Assembly (NCBI GenBank): GCA_965249555.1
Contig: OZ252243.1
Coordinates: 800,001-864,000 of the forward strand
DNA: 64,000 nt
Reading direction: 5' to 3'
From: Nitrosopumilus sp.
GTDB taxonomy: Archaea; Thermoproteota; Nitrososphaeria; Nitrososphaerales; Nitrosopumilaceae
Shown: positions 51,549-61,314 of the stretch, piece after piece
How the letters are laid out: every line of letters starts with the position of its first letter
Position numbering within the stretch: the first letter of the stretch is position 1
Position numbers and translations under genes: made by a program
Notes under the pieces: generated by a model
Told to the model about the DNA's origin: nothing
What the model saw: only the letters and a program-made list of their open reading frames with translations
Databases searched by the model: none

Positions 51549-52828
51549 ACGTTATACAAAATCTTTTTCATATCTTGTGATGTATACCTACTGTTGGGCC
51601 TGAGAGTTGAATTATTACTGCCATGTACAAGGGCGTTACACAGACTAACTCAAAGTGAGCGGAAAACAAAATACCACATAGATGGCAAATGGGAGCATTC
51701 CGCTAGATCAGGCAATTTGATCAAAAAGGAGGTGATGGTATGATCAGCATAGGAATTAATATTCACAAGAAGAAATGTGTTGCAACAAAATAGGAATCCA
51801 GAAAGAAGCTAGAGCAGACAAGCTTTGATAATACCACAAATGGAATAATGGGTTTTATCAAACACGTCAAAAAGACATATGGCAATGACATACAGGCAGT
51901 GTGTGAGTCAACTGCAAACTATTGGATCAGACTACATGACACACTAGAGGACCATGGAATTGATACAATTCTTGCACATCCTGCAAAGACCAAGATAATT
52001 GCACAGGCAAAGCTAAAAAACGACAAACTTGATTCAGACGTATTGGCAGGACTTGCTAAGAGCAGACATGGTGTACAGCTCATTCGTACCAGAAAAATAC
52101 TATAGAGACTATACAGTCTGGTAAGAACCAGACTGAATCGCGTGCGAAATGTATCAAAACACAAAAACATGATTTATGCAATACTTGCAAAATATGATTA
52201 CACCCACAAAGACATTCTCGCAGAAAGGAGTACGATGGTTGCATGAAATTAATCTGATAGAATGGCAATGGATGCATATCTTGATACCATAGATATGACA
52301 CAAAAACAGATCAACACAATTGAGATAAAGATTGCAGTAATGAGGATGAGAAAACAAGACTACTAATGACCATTCCTGGAATAAACTATGTCACGGCATT
52401 GACAATAATTTCAGAGATAGTTGACATCAGCAGATTTGCATCAGCAGAAAAACTAGTCTCATATGCAGGACTTGCACCATCGCACAGGAATGCAGATGTG
52501 CACCGAGGAGGCGGAATAACAAAGAGGGGTTCTGCATGGTTACGTAACGCAATGGTAGAGGCTGCAAATACTACAGTACGATTTGATGAAAGAATGGGAT
52601 CATTCTATTTCAGAATTGCAAAGAGAAGAAAACAAAGGTGACAGCTGCAAGACCGGATGCTTGCAATAATCCGGGTATATGCTAACAAATTCTGAAAGTG
52701 TATCGTACACAAAATCATGAACTGACACAACGAAAGTATAAGATGCAAGGCATATCTGAGATGTCCTGATTCAGCAAAGCATGCTAGGAAGTGTCCTCAG
52801 TAGGGTTGGAGACGATTTCGTATGGGAG
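51549..52828 (+). mobile_element. IS110-family element (recombinase pseudogene ~51740-52769)
   Basis: GINIH, CEST, KNDKLD, IPGI and YAGLAP motifs across broken frames; AGGAGGTGA RBS; 2-bp AG core at both junctions. Confidence 0.9.
51598..51713 (+). ncRNA. putative IS110 bridge/seek RNA
   Basis: Closing stem GCCTGA/TCAGGC. Two stem-internal-loop arms hold segments matching the target (ATTATTACT, TTACACAG) and the donor (ATGGGAG). Confidence 0.75.
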
Positions 52829-54118
52829 TTATAATACACTGCCAACTGATACACCAACACGCAAATCAGCACGAATGATTGTACGTTCTCAAATCCTTTC
52901 ACTGGAACTGTTCTAATGCTAAACGTATCCTTGATTATTTCAAATAGTGCTTCAATTGATATTTTTCTCTGAGAATGTAATTTCCGACCAACTGCTGAAT
53001 TGTAAAACTCTATCAACTTTATTCTGTCTGGTGGCGTAGAATAGTATTTTTTGACTGGACAGATCAATCTCATGGCATTATTCTTAGTTGACTCGTATAG
53101 TTTAGAATCATCATATGCCGGATCACACCATATACTATTCATCAATCCAGAAAGTGACCCAATCAATTTCTCATATGGCTTACTGTCATGAACATTTGCA
53201 GCAGTTACACATGCAGATAATGGAACTAGCCTTTCCTGTACTACAACTCATGTGTAGTTTGTATCCATACATCCAACCCTTTGATTTGGAGAATCCCCAC
53301 AATTGGTAAATGATTCTTTTTGATGTCTGATTTGTGCCATACTGGACCTGAAGCTTTTAGCATTGAACTATCAACTGATGCTGATTCACTATTCACCAAT
53401 CCTTCTGAGACAAACAAATCTCCTACAGTGTTAACAATTTCATTGATTGGCAAGCATTGAAATCTTCTGTCAATTGTCCTTCTGTCAGGGATTTAGTCTG
53501 CAAACCTTGAGTAATTTGTCATTGGTACATTTGATTGAGAGAAAATAATGCAGTGTGTTGTCACTTGGAATTCGCATCCATGACTTTATGATGAATAACT
53601 GAACCATTAGAACAGTCGAATGGACATATGGTAATCCTCGTCTCACTGCATTCTCATACAGAGACAGTGTTCCAACCAGATACAAAACACCAATAAGAAA
53701 TGACTCACATAGAATCTTGCTAGGGATTTTTATTTGTTTTGTAATCATTTCAATGAACAAAACATAATGAGATCTTTGGCTTTTTCTATTTGAATAATTT
53801 GAGAAATCGGTTAAAAATGAGAATGGATTATGCCCATGTCTCAAGTAATATGTCAGAACTGGATAAATAGTGCAATTACTGTTTGACTAAATTAACGAAT
53901 TGCGGATCAAAAGCTAAAAAAATATATTTTATTTAATAATTTTTAGGCGATCAATTTTTTTATGTTGTAATTTTTAGTCAATATAAAAAAGGTTCTGGTG
54001 CAAAATGTGATCAGATCATCAAAATCCACTACATCTGTTTCATTCAATAAGAAAAATCTGATCGCTTTCACTATTTTATTATGATTACATTTAAAAAATC
54101 AACTTTTTAAAATACTAC

Positions 54119-55651
54119 ATGGAAAATACCGGCGATGATCTTCACCAATTACTTGAAGAAAATGAAGAAGTTGGAGAGTTAATTTCAGATAGTGAAACTC
54201 CATCATTCCAAAAATTTCGATTTAAAGCATTTTCAAATAAATTTTTTTCACCAGCCAGTATCGTAGCTGTAAAAGTTAATGATCATGATTTTCTTGTAGG
54301 CCAAATTACCACGTCTCATGAAATCAATCCTAATTTCACACCAGAAAAAGTCACACTAAGACATTCTATGAATATTCCATCGGATCATCCTGAAGAAGGT
54401 CAATCATTAACTATATTTCGTATTTATGAAGTTGAAATTGTGAATCAAGTATCTATTAATGGGAAAAACCTATCAATTTTTCCTCACGAGATATTACCAC
54501 GTGCAGGATCAAGAGTTATCATTCCTGAACAAAACATGATCAGTCAAGTTCTAGGTATAAAAAATAACAAAGAGGATGGTTTGTATGTTGGAAATTTATC
54601 CACAACAATTTCAGTAGAAAATAAAATTCCTGTAATACTAAAGCGAGAGATAATACAAAGACATATTTTTATTGGCGGTACTACAGGTGGTGGAAAATCA
54701 TATACTGCAAAAGTAATAGCTGAAGAAATTCATAAACACAATTTACCTGTGATTTTTTTTGATACTCAAGAAGAGTTTACTGCATTAACTCAAAAACTTG
54801 ATGGGGTGGTACTGCGTCCTGGAGATGATTATACCATTAAATTATCTTCTCTAACTGAAGATGAAGTATTAAATCTTGTACCATCTGTAAGTCATAGACT
54901 CCATTTAGAGATTTTATCTAGTGCATTTCTTAGACTTAGAGAAACTAAAAACAATTTTGGAACAAATGATCTGATAACAAAAATTATAGATGTTTGTAAT
55001 GATCAAAACACTCAACAAAAAACTATTGATATTATTACTCAAAGAGTCAAAATATATCTTAATTCATATAATTTCATAGGTAATGATTTTGATTGGAGTG
55101 ATATATTCAAGAAAACTAATATGATCAATATTGATTGTCATGGATTTACACGCAATCAATTACAGCTTATCCTTGCATCTACTATGAGAGAACTACAAAA
55201 ACTTCGACAAGATAAAACTGTGCCTCCATACATGATGTTCATTGATGAAGCCCATCTATTCGTTCCTGATGGTGAAACCAGTGCATGTAAACAAATTATC
55301 AGAGAAAATGTTCGGATGGGGCGTCACATTGGAATTTGCCTTGCTTTAATTACTCAAAGTCCAATTGACATAGACAAAAAAGTTATTCGACAATGTAATA
55401 CTCGATTTCTTTTTGCGTTAGAACCAGATCAATTATCTGCTCTTCAAGGTGTACGTTCTGATGCTACTAAAGAAATGATTGAAAAATTACCCAAGTCCCC
55501 AGTTGGTTCTTGTTTATTATCAGGTACTTATGAAACTATAAAACATGCAATACCTCTAGCAATACGAGAATTAGAAACTAAAGATGTAGATTCAGGAAAG
55601 GCGCCTGCTATTTTTGATGAAGTAAAAACATTGTATAAAATTGGTGAATAA
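54119..55651 (+). CDS. HerA-family ATPase/translocase
   Basis: HAS-barrel-like N-terminus, RHIFIGGTTGGGKS, FIDEAH, RMGRH and ITQSP motifs. Confidence 0.9.
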   Translation: MENTGDDLHQLLEENEEVGELISDSETPSFQKFRFKAFSNKFFSPASIVAVKVNDHDFLVGQITTSHEINPNFTPEKVTLRHSMNIPSDHPEEGQSLTIFRIYEVEIVNQVSINGKNLSIFPHEILPRAGSRVIIPEQNMISQVLGIKNNKEDGLYVGNLSTTISVENKIPVILKREIIQRHIFIGGTTGGGKSYTAKVIAEEIHKHNLPVIFFDTQEEFTALTQKLDGVVLRPGDDYTIKLSSLTEDEVLNLVPSVSHRLHLEILSSAFLRLRETKNNFGTNDLITKIIDVCNDQNTQQKTIDIITQRVKIYLNSYNFIGNDFDWSDIFKKTNMINIDCHGFTRNQLQLILASTMRELQKLRQDKTVPPYMMFIDEAHLFVPDGETSACKQIIRENVRMGRHIGICLALITQSPIDIDKKVIRQCNTRFLFALEPDQLSALQGVRSDATKEMIEKLPKSPVGSCLLSGTYETIKHAIPLAIRELETKDVDSGKAPAIFDEVKTLYKIGE

Positions 55652-55653
55652 TA

Positions 55654-57249
55654 ATAACTGATACTGATGAAAATTATGCTATTTCTATTCAAGAGATTTT
55701 AAATAAAGCTCAAGTTGAACGTGCTTTTGATCCTTCTGTAACTCAAACAGCCAAATTTTTAATTAGTGCAAGTTATTTTGAAGAACATGAAGATACGATC
55801 AAAAAAGTAAAAGAAAGATTATTGCACGAAGATCCAAGAAAATTATTTTTTGATTGTTTACAATTTTTGGTAAAACAAATTCAAACTTCAAATGAATCGA
55901 AAAAATTTCTTTGGGTTGATCAACTAGTAAATCTTGGTGTTCGCGGTCTCGGAATAAAGATTGATGATCTTGAATTTATTGGAAGTGATTCAAAAAATAT
56001 TTTTCGAGCAACGCCCAAATGGGATAAAATTAGAGAACATATCAACAAATATGTTTTAGGAGATACATTTTTGATATGTGTTTCTTTGGAAGATGATGAT
56101 AAAATTTGGGGTGGAGATATCCCATTAAGAATAAGTTCTAGTGATGCAACTCAACATAAATTCAAATTAACATTACCCTTTTACAACAAAACTTTTTCAA
56201 CACCAATTGTAGTTAATAATGCTGCAGGAATCATCAAAGAAAAAAATAGTTCTAAATCTAATTGGATTAAAGTTGCAGTTCCAAAAAGTACACAAGATTT
56301 TGAAGATTGGGTAATTATTGGTCCTAATGAATATCGAGATTTAGATGAAAATGATTATGATTGGGCAACAAAGTCTGCCATGGATATTGGACAATTTTTT
56401 GTGGAAGAAAGTTATATTTTCTCTCATGGCGGTACTTCAAAACGTCCGGATGTTCATTTACGTGATGGAACAATTTTTCCTCAAGATCATGCAATGAATT
56501 CTAAATCCAATAATCGTCGTGGAGAATTAACACGTGAATCTATTCTTAGAATGACTACTACATTGAAACGTGCAAAAGATCTAGGTATTCTTTATTGTGG
56601 TGTTTCAAAAAATGTTGAATTGAAAATGTATAGTATTGTGATTGATTACTATATCCGAGAAATTTTGAAAGATGAGAAATGGAATATAACTCAAAGTCTT
56701 CTGTCTGATTCTGATATTATGAGATATTTGTTACCTTCTGAAAATTTTAATGCATCTACTTTTGGTGAGATTTACATTACTTGTCCTATTATACGATCAT
56801 TTTATGTAAAAACTAATTTGAATTCTAGAACCGATAGACAGGTTCAAAATGATCTGTCATCGTTAGGTGGTATTAAACACAATAGAACAAAAACTGCTAG
56901 AAATATAGTTGAAGATGCATTAGACACAAAAATAACTATGTTTTTTGTAGGGCACACAAATTCTGACAATTACTATGTTCCTAGATATGAATTTGTATAC
57001 TATGATAATTATGCTGAAAAAATTAATGAAAAATTATCTCAGGTTTTATCAGCTATAAGGTTTGCAGTAATTGAATTAGATAATGATCATATGAGAAAAT
57101 TAGATGAACCCATACTTGTTCCACTTCCCATCATGTTTGCACATGAACTTAGTAAAACAATGGGTAAGGAATTAGTTGAAAATTGGACTTCTAGAACATG
57201 GGCTGAATACATGCGATTAAAACATGAACATTTTGATAATACCAATTAA
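55654..57249 (+). CDS. NurA-like nuclease (start uncertain: ATA near 55654 or TTG 55822)
   Basis: SSDAT, HLRDGTIFP, GVSKN and LPIMFAHE motifs; frame open from 55648. Confidence 0.72.
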   Translation: MTDTDENYAISIQEILNKAQVERAFDPSVTQTAKFLISASYFEEHEDTIKKVKERLLHEDPRKLFFDCLQFLVKQIQTSNESKKFLWVDQLVNLGVRGLGIKIDDLEFIGSDSKNIFRATPKWDKIREHINKYVLGDTFLICVSLEDDDKIWGGDIPLRISSSDATQHKFKLTLPFYNKTFSTPIVVNNAAGIIKEKNSSKSNWIKVAVPKSTQDFEDWVIIGPNEYRDLDENDYDWATKSAMDIGQFFVEESYIFSHGGTSKRPDVHLRDGTIFPQDHAMNSKSNNRRGELTRESILRMTTTLKRAKDLGILYCGVSKNVELKMYSIVIDYYIREILKDEKWNITQSLLSDSDIMRYLLPSENFNASTFGEIYITCPIIRSFYVKTNLNSRTDRQVQNDLSSLGGIKHNRTKTARNIVEDALDTKITMFFVGHTNSDNYYVPRYEFVYYDNYAEKINEKLSQVLSAIRFAVIELDNDHMRKLDEPILVPLPIMFAHELSKTMGKELVENWTSRTWAEYMRLKHEHFDNTN

Positions 57250-58286
57250 CTTGCTATGAATAATAATTCTCTATTAGAATGACTACTTAAAGCATAACGA
57301 TGATTTTTTCGTTTAATGGTAATTTTTTTCTTATATTTTTTTAATAATTTCACCATTTCCAGTTCATTTGGCATTCCATTACTATTGTAAGAAATTATCA
57401 ATGTACTATGTTGAAATTTTTTAATTAATTTTTCAAATAGATTATAGATTTCTAATTTATTCATCCAGGGATTATTTTCTGAACATAATTGTTTTGTACG
57501 TGTTGAATAATCTATCATTTTATTCCATTTAGTATGATTTGCCAATCCTTCAAGAAAATGATAATACGCTCTATAATTGACAGGTTTTTTATGAGACATG
57601 TATGGAGAATCAATATATACTAAATCATGATTTCGTGGAAGTGAAAAAACATCTAAGTTATATGCTTTATTTTTTTTATTATTATCAAAAACTTTAGAAT
57701 TAATTTCATTTACAAATTTTTTGAAATGTGTTTCAAATGGAGTATCCCAAGTTGTTTTATTTCCATGATATCTATCAACATCAGCTAATCTCATGTATAG
57801 ATTTGTCCTATGAAATAAATTATATGGTCTTTTACTAATACATGATTGAAATAATGCATTGTATGCCAATGGCCTTTTTCGATAATTTAAATGCTTTATG
57901 TTTGTGATTACTTTATCTAACCAATGATTTTCTTTGGTAGTATAATACATTGATTTGAATGTGTGTTGTATAAACTTGGTATATTTTATATCTGTATGAT
58001 AAGTTAAGATAAAATCTACATCTTTTTTGGATAGTTTATGATTATTATTTTCAATGATAGATTTTCCTATTAAATAATTGAATCTTAAATTATCATTATA
58101 AGTAATTCGTTTACCTTTGAGTTTTAACAAATATCCAATTGTCCCTGTTCCTCCAAAACATTCTAGAACGGAATTATATTCTATATCTTCCAAATTCTTC
58201 AGTATCCAATTAGATATACTCAATTTACTACCTAGATATCTTGTAGATGGGGCTAGAGTTCTTTTTTGCATATTTTTTCTTATCAT
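57246..58286 (-). CDS. D12-class N6-adenine DNA methyltransferase
   Basis: RYLGSK, ECFGGTG and YIDSPY (DPPY variant) motifs. Confidence 0.85.
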   Translation of the reverse strand: MIRKNMQKRTLAPSTRYLGSKLSISNWILKNLEDIEYNSVLECFGGTGTIGYLLKLKGKRITYNDNLRFNYLIGKSIIENNNHKLSKKDVDFILTYHTDIKYTKFIQHTFKSMYYTTKENHWLDKVITNIKHLNYRKRPLAYNALFQSCISKRPYNLFHRTNLYMRLADVDRYHGNKTTWDTPFETHFKKFVNEINSKVFDNNKKNKAYNLDVFSLPRNHDLVYIDSPYMSHKKPVNYRAYYHFLEGLANHTKWNKMIDYSTRTKQLCSENNPWMNKLEIYNLFEKLIKKFQHSTLIISYNSNGMPNELEMVKLLKKYKKKITIKRKNHRYALSSHSNRELLFIAS

Positions 58287-58380
58287 GTTGAAAGATATCT
58301 GTTTCGGTTTTGGATTAGAAAATTTAAAAATTACATTATTTTTGAAAAAAAGATAAGTGTGTGATTAAATTAGCAGTTTT

Positions 58381-59118
58381 ATGAGCGCCATCTCTGAAAC
58401 TACTCAGACATATACTTTTGTAGAAAGAAAAGAAGAGGGTATTCTAGTTCTTATGGATAGACTAGGTACAAAAGGAATTTGGAAACAAAATGATCCAAAT
58501 GTTATAATAAATGATTGGTCAATATTTATCAAATTAATCAAAAAACATTTTGTTGAAGAATTAAAGAAAAAATATTATGATGTGAAATTTACTGTGTTTT
58601 CTGACACCATTTTCATTACTGTTTATGGAGGAGAAAAAGAAGAATCTATTCTTGATGTCGGTGCTGCGTTAGTTTGGATTATGGCTTCAAGTATAGGAGC
58701 TGGTTTTCATTTTAGAGGTTGTTTAAGCTATGGTTTGATTGTAGAATCTACAAATTCGATCATTGGATCTGCTATTGATGAAGCGGCAGAATATCACACA
58801 TTACAACAATGGATTGGACTTTCTGCTGCACCAAGTGTTCATAATATTCTTGAAAGAATAGATCCATCTAGATTAAAATCAAAAAATAAAGGACCAACAT
58901 ATGTTCAATATGATATTCCTCTAAAAAATTCCACAGAAAAAAATGGATGGGTTATTAATTGGCCCATGCTCAATTCTGATATTAATACTGAACATGATGG
59001 TAAAACATTTTCTTCAATTGAACAATATGTGGAATATAAATTGGAAACAGTAACAGCAATTCCTTATGTCTTTAAATGGAGAAATACTTTAGATTTTCTT
59101 AGACAATTTAAACAATAA
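58381..59118 (+). CDS. class III nucleotidyl-cyclase-like protein
   Basis: LMDRLG, FSDTIFI, FRGCLSYG and IGSAIDEA motifs. Confidence 0.7.
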   Translation: MSAISETTQTYTFVERKEEGILVLMDRLGTKGIWKQNDPNVIINDWSIFIKLIKKHFVEELKKKYYDVKFTVFSDTIFITVYGGEKEESILDVGAALVWIMASSIGAGFHFRGCLSYGLIVESTNSIIGSAIDEAAEYHTLQQWIGLSAAPSVHNILERIDPSRLKSKNKGPTYVQYDIPLKNSTEKNGWVINWPMLNSDINTEHDGKTFSSIEQYVEYKLETVTAIPYVFKWRNTLDFLRQFKQ

Positions 59119-59328
59119 CCAGAAGATTAATGCTTGCTAACAAAACATCGTATACCTAGATCCAAAGGACTTAGATCCATCTAAATCATGGAATAGGATC
59201 ATTTTTAAACAATATTTGAATAATACATCGATCAGACTCTAATCAGACCAAACTAAATTAACAGCTTGTTGAAATCAAACTCACAAGAGCGGATAAAGGA
59301 ATATGTGCTATAATAAAATTGATAATAC

Positions 59329-59631
59329 ATGCAAGCAATACTATAGTCCAACAAGATAGTTTTTACAAAAGAACAAGTCTTAGAAATTACAAAGTTTGAA
59401 AATGAGTTAGAAGCAGAAAACGTAGAGTTCGCCTTTGAGGGTTCAAATCTAGAAGGCAAAGCATACTTGGAAGGAATTATCAACATTGTGGAAACTGTCA
59501 ATCACTAAAAAATTTGTGATTCAGTTAATCAAACTTAGTAGTGAGAATCAAAAATTTGTAATGGATAATGTCAGATATATAATTAAAGTGGCTGATATTA
59601 ACAGTCCATTTGATATTGATGTTATAGATGA
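59329..59631 (+). pseudogene. decayed antitoxin + RelE/ParE-like toxin pair
   Basis: Acidic ORF 59329-59508 has an internal TAG. The overlapping MWKLSITKKF..QL.KL frame from 59486 is cut by the IS110 end. Confidence 0.55.
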
Positions 59632-60911
59632 CTCCCATACGAAATCGTCTCCAACCCTACTGAGGACACTTCCTAGCATGCTTTGCTGAATCAGGACATC
59701 TCAGATATGCCTTGCATCTTATACTTTCGTTGTGTCAGTTCATGATTTTGTGTACGATACACTTTCAGAATTTGTTAGCATATACCCGGATTATTGCAAG
59801 CATCCGGTCTTGCAGCTGTCACCTTTGTTTTCTTCTCTTTGCAATTCTGAAATAGAATGATCCCATTCTTTCATCAAATCGTACTGTAGTATTTGCAGCC
59901 TCTACCATTGCGTTACGTAACCATGCAGAACCCCTCTTTGTTATTCCGCCTCCTCGGTGCACATCTGCATTCCTGTGCGATGGTGCAAGTCCTGCATATG
60001 AGACTAGTTTTTCTGCTGATGCAAATCTGCTGATGTCAACTATCTCTGAAATTATTGTCAATGCCGTGACATAGTTTATTCCAGGAATGGTCATTAGTAG
60101 TCTTGTTTTCTCATCCTCATTACTGCAATCTTTATCTCAATTGTGTTGATCTGTTTTTGTGTCATATCTATGGTATCAAGATATGCATCCATTGCCATTC
60201 TATCAGATTAATTTCATGCAACCATCGTACTCCTTTCTGCGAGAATGTCTTTGTGGGTGTAATCATATTTTGCAAGTATTGCATAAATCATGTTTTTGTG
60301 TTTTGATACATTTCGCACGCGATTCAGTCTGGTTCTTACCAGACTGTATAGTCTCTATAGTATTTTTCTGGTACGAATGAGCTGTACACCATGTCTGCTC
60401 TTAGCAAGTCCTGCCAATACGTCTGAATCAAGTTTGTCGTTTTTTAGCTTTGCCTGTGCAATTATCTTGGTCTTTGCAGGATGTGCAAGAATTGTATCAA
60501 TTCCATGGTCCTCTAGTGTGTCATGTAGTCTGATCCAATAGTTTGCAGTTGACTCACACACTGCCTGTATGTCATTGCCATATGTCTTTTTGACGTGTTT
60601 GATAAAACCCATTATTCCATTTGTGGTATTATCAAAGCTTGTCTGCTCTAGCTTCTTTCTGGATTCCTATTTTGTTGCAACACATTTCTTCTTGTGAATA
60701 TTAATTCCTATGCTGATCATACCATCACCTCCTTTTTGATCAAATTGCCTGATCTAGCGGAATGCTCCCATTTGCCATCTATGTGGTATTTTGTTTTCCG
60801 CTCACTTTGAGTTAGTCTGTGTAACGCCCTTGTACATGGCAGTAATAATTCAACTCTCAGGCCCAACAGTAGGTATACATCACAAGATATGAAAAAGATT
60901 TTGTATAACGT
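59632..60911 (-). mobile_element. second IS110 copy, inverted (bridge-RNA-like region 60747-60862)
   Basis: Mirror image of 51549-52828; CT cores at 59632-33 and 60912-13. Confidence 0.9.
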
Positions 60912-61014
60912 CTGTGTAATTGGAAGTGAGAATCCAAGGATTGTGAAAAGAATGCTTTGTTGTTAGAGAAAAGTTTTGGTTTTATTTTTGTAAATCATTA
61001 TGCTCAAGTCTCAG
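60912..61014 (+). mobile_element. 3' end and terminal repeat of the DDE IS
   Basis: Encodes CVIGSENPRIVKRMLCC*, followed by ...TGCTCAAGTCTCAG and TTAA. Confidence 0.8.
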
Positions 61015-61030
61015 TTAACTATATTAGAAC

Positions 61031-61288
61031 ATGAAAGATAGGAAAATTATGAGTCCAGGAATCGGTCTGATGAAAAGAAGACTGGAAAAGGAAAAAGAAG
61101 CAATCGTACTTGCAGTATCTGGAATTGCAAAAAAATACGATGTAAAACCAGATGATATCAAAACGCTAGAAACAAAGTATCATGATGATGCAGGAGATTG
61201 GTATGTTGCATTAGGCTGGGATGAGAAAAAGGCAATTATTCAGATGGATTCTGTTCAGGGAACAATTACTGAAATTAAAGAAATTTAA
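61031..61288 (+). CDS. hypothetical protein
   Basis: 85 aa ORF with host-like codon use. Confidence 0.75.
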   Translation: MKDRKIMSPGIGLMKRRLEKEKEAIVLAVSGIAKKYDVKPDDIKTLETKYHDDAGDWYVALGWDEKKAIIQMDSVQGTITEIKEI

Positions 61289-61314
61289 TTATCAAGCAAT
61301 ATTTTAAAAATAAC

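Larger units (their letters stand above)
51442..52829 (+). repeat. 1388-bp inverted repeat, left arm (partner 59631-61018)
   Basis: Both ends were matched base by base, and the ORF-track translations of the two copies are identical. Confidence 0.95.
51446..53844 (-). mobile_element. degenerate DDE (IS4/IS5-like) IS interrupted by IS110
   Basis: Termini share TGAGACwTGrGCATAAT. Frameshifted transposase with VDSS, CDPAYD and IEALFE motifs; its C-terminus YYN|CVIGSENPRIVKRMLCC* resumes beyond the IS110. Confidence 0.85.

Noticed and set aside
52771-53166. Shared C-terminus SHTKSSPTLLRTLPSMLC of two ORFs (also 59486-59689) as a protein domain
   Set aside because: It is read-through into the IS110 right end.
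32966-53844. Single 20.9-kb transposon bounded by the 24-bp inverted match
   Set aside because: The interval contains core cox, tRNA and metabolic genes, the flanks are not duplicated, and the 53844 end already pairs with 51446.
54119-57249. Housekeeping herA-mre11-rad50-nurA repair operon
   Set aside because: mre11 and rad50 are absent and the genes lie between IS arms.
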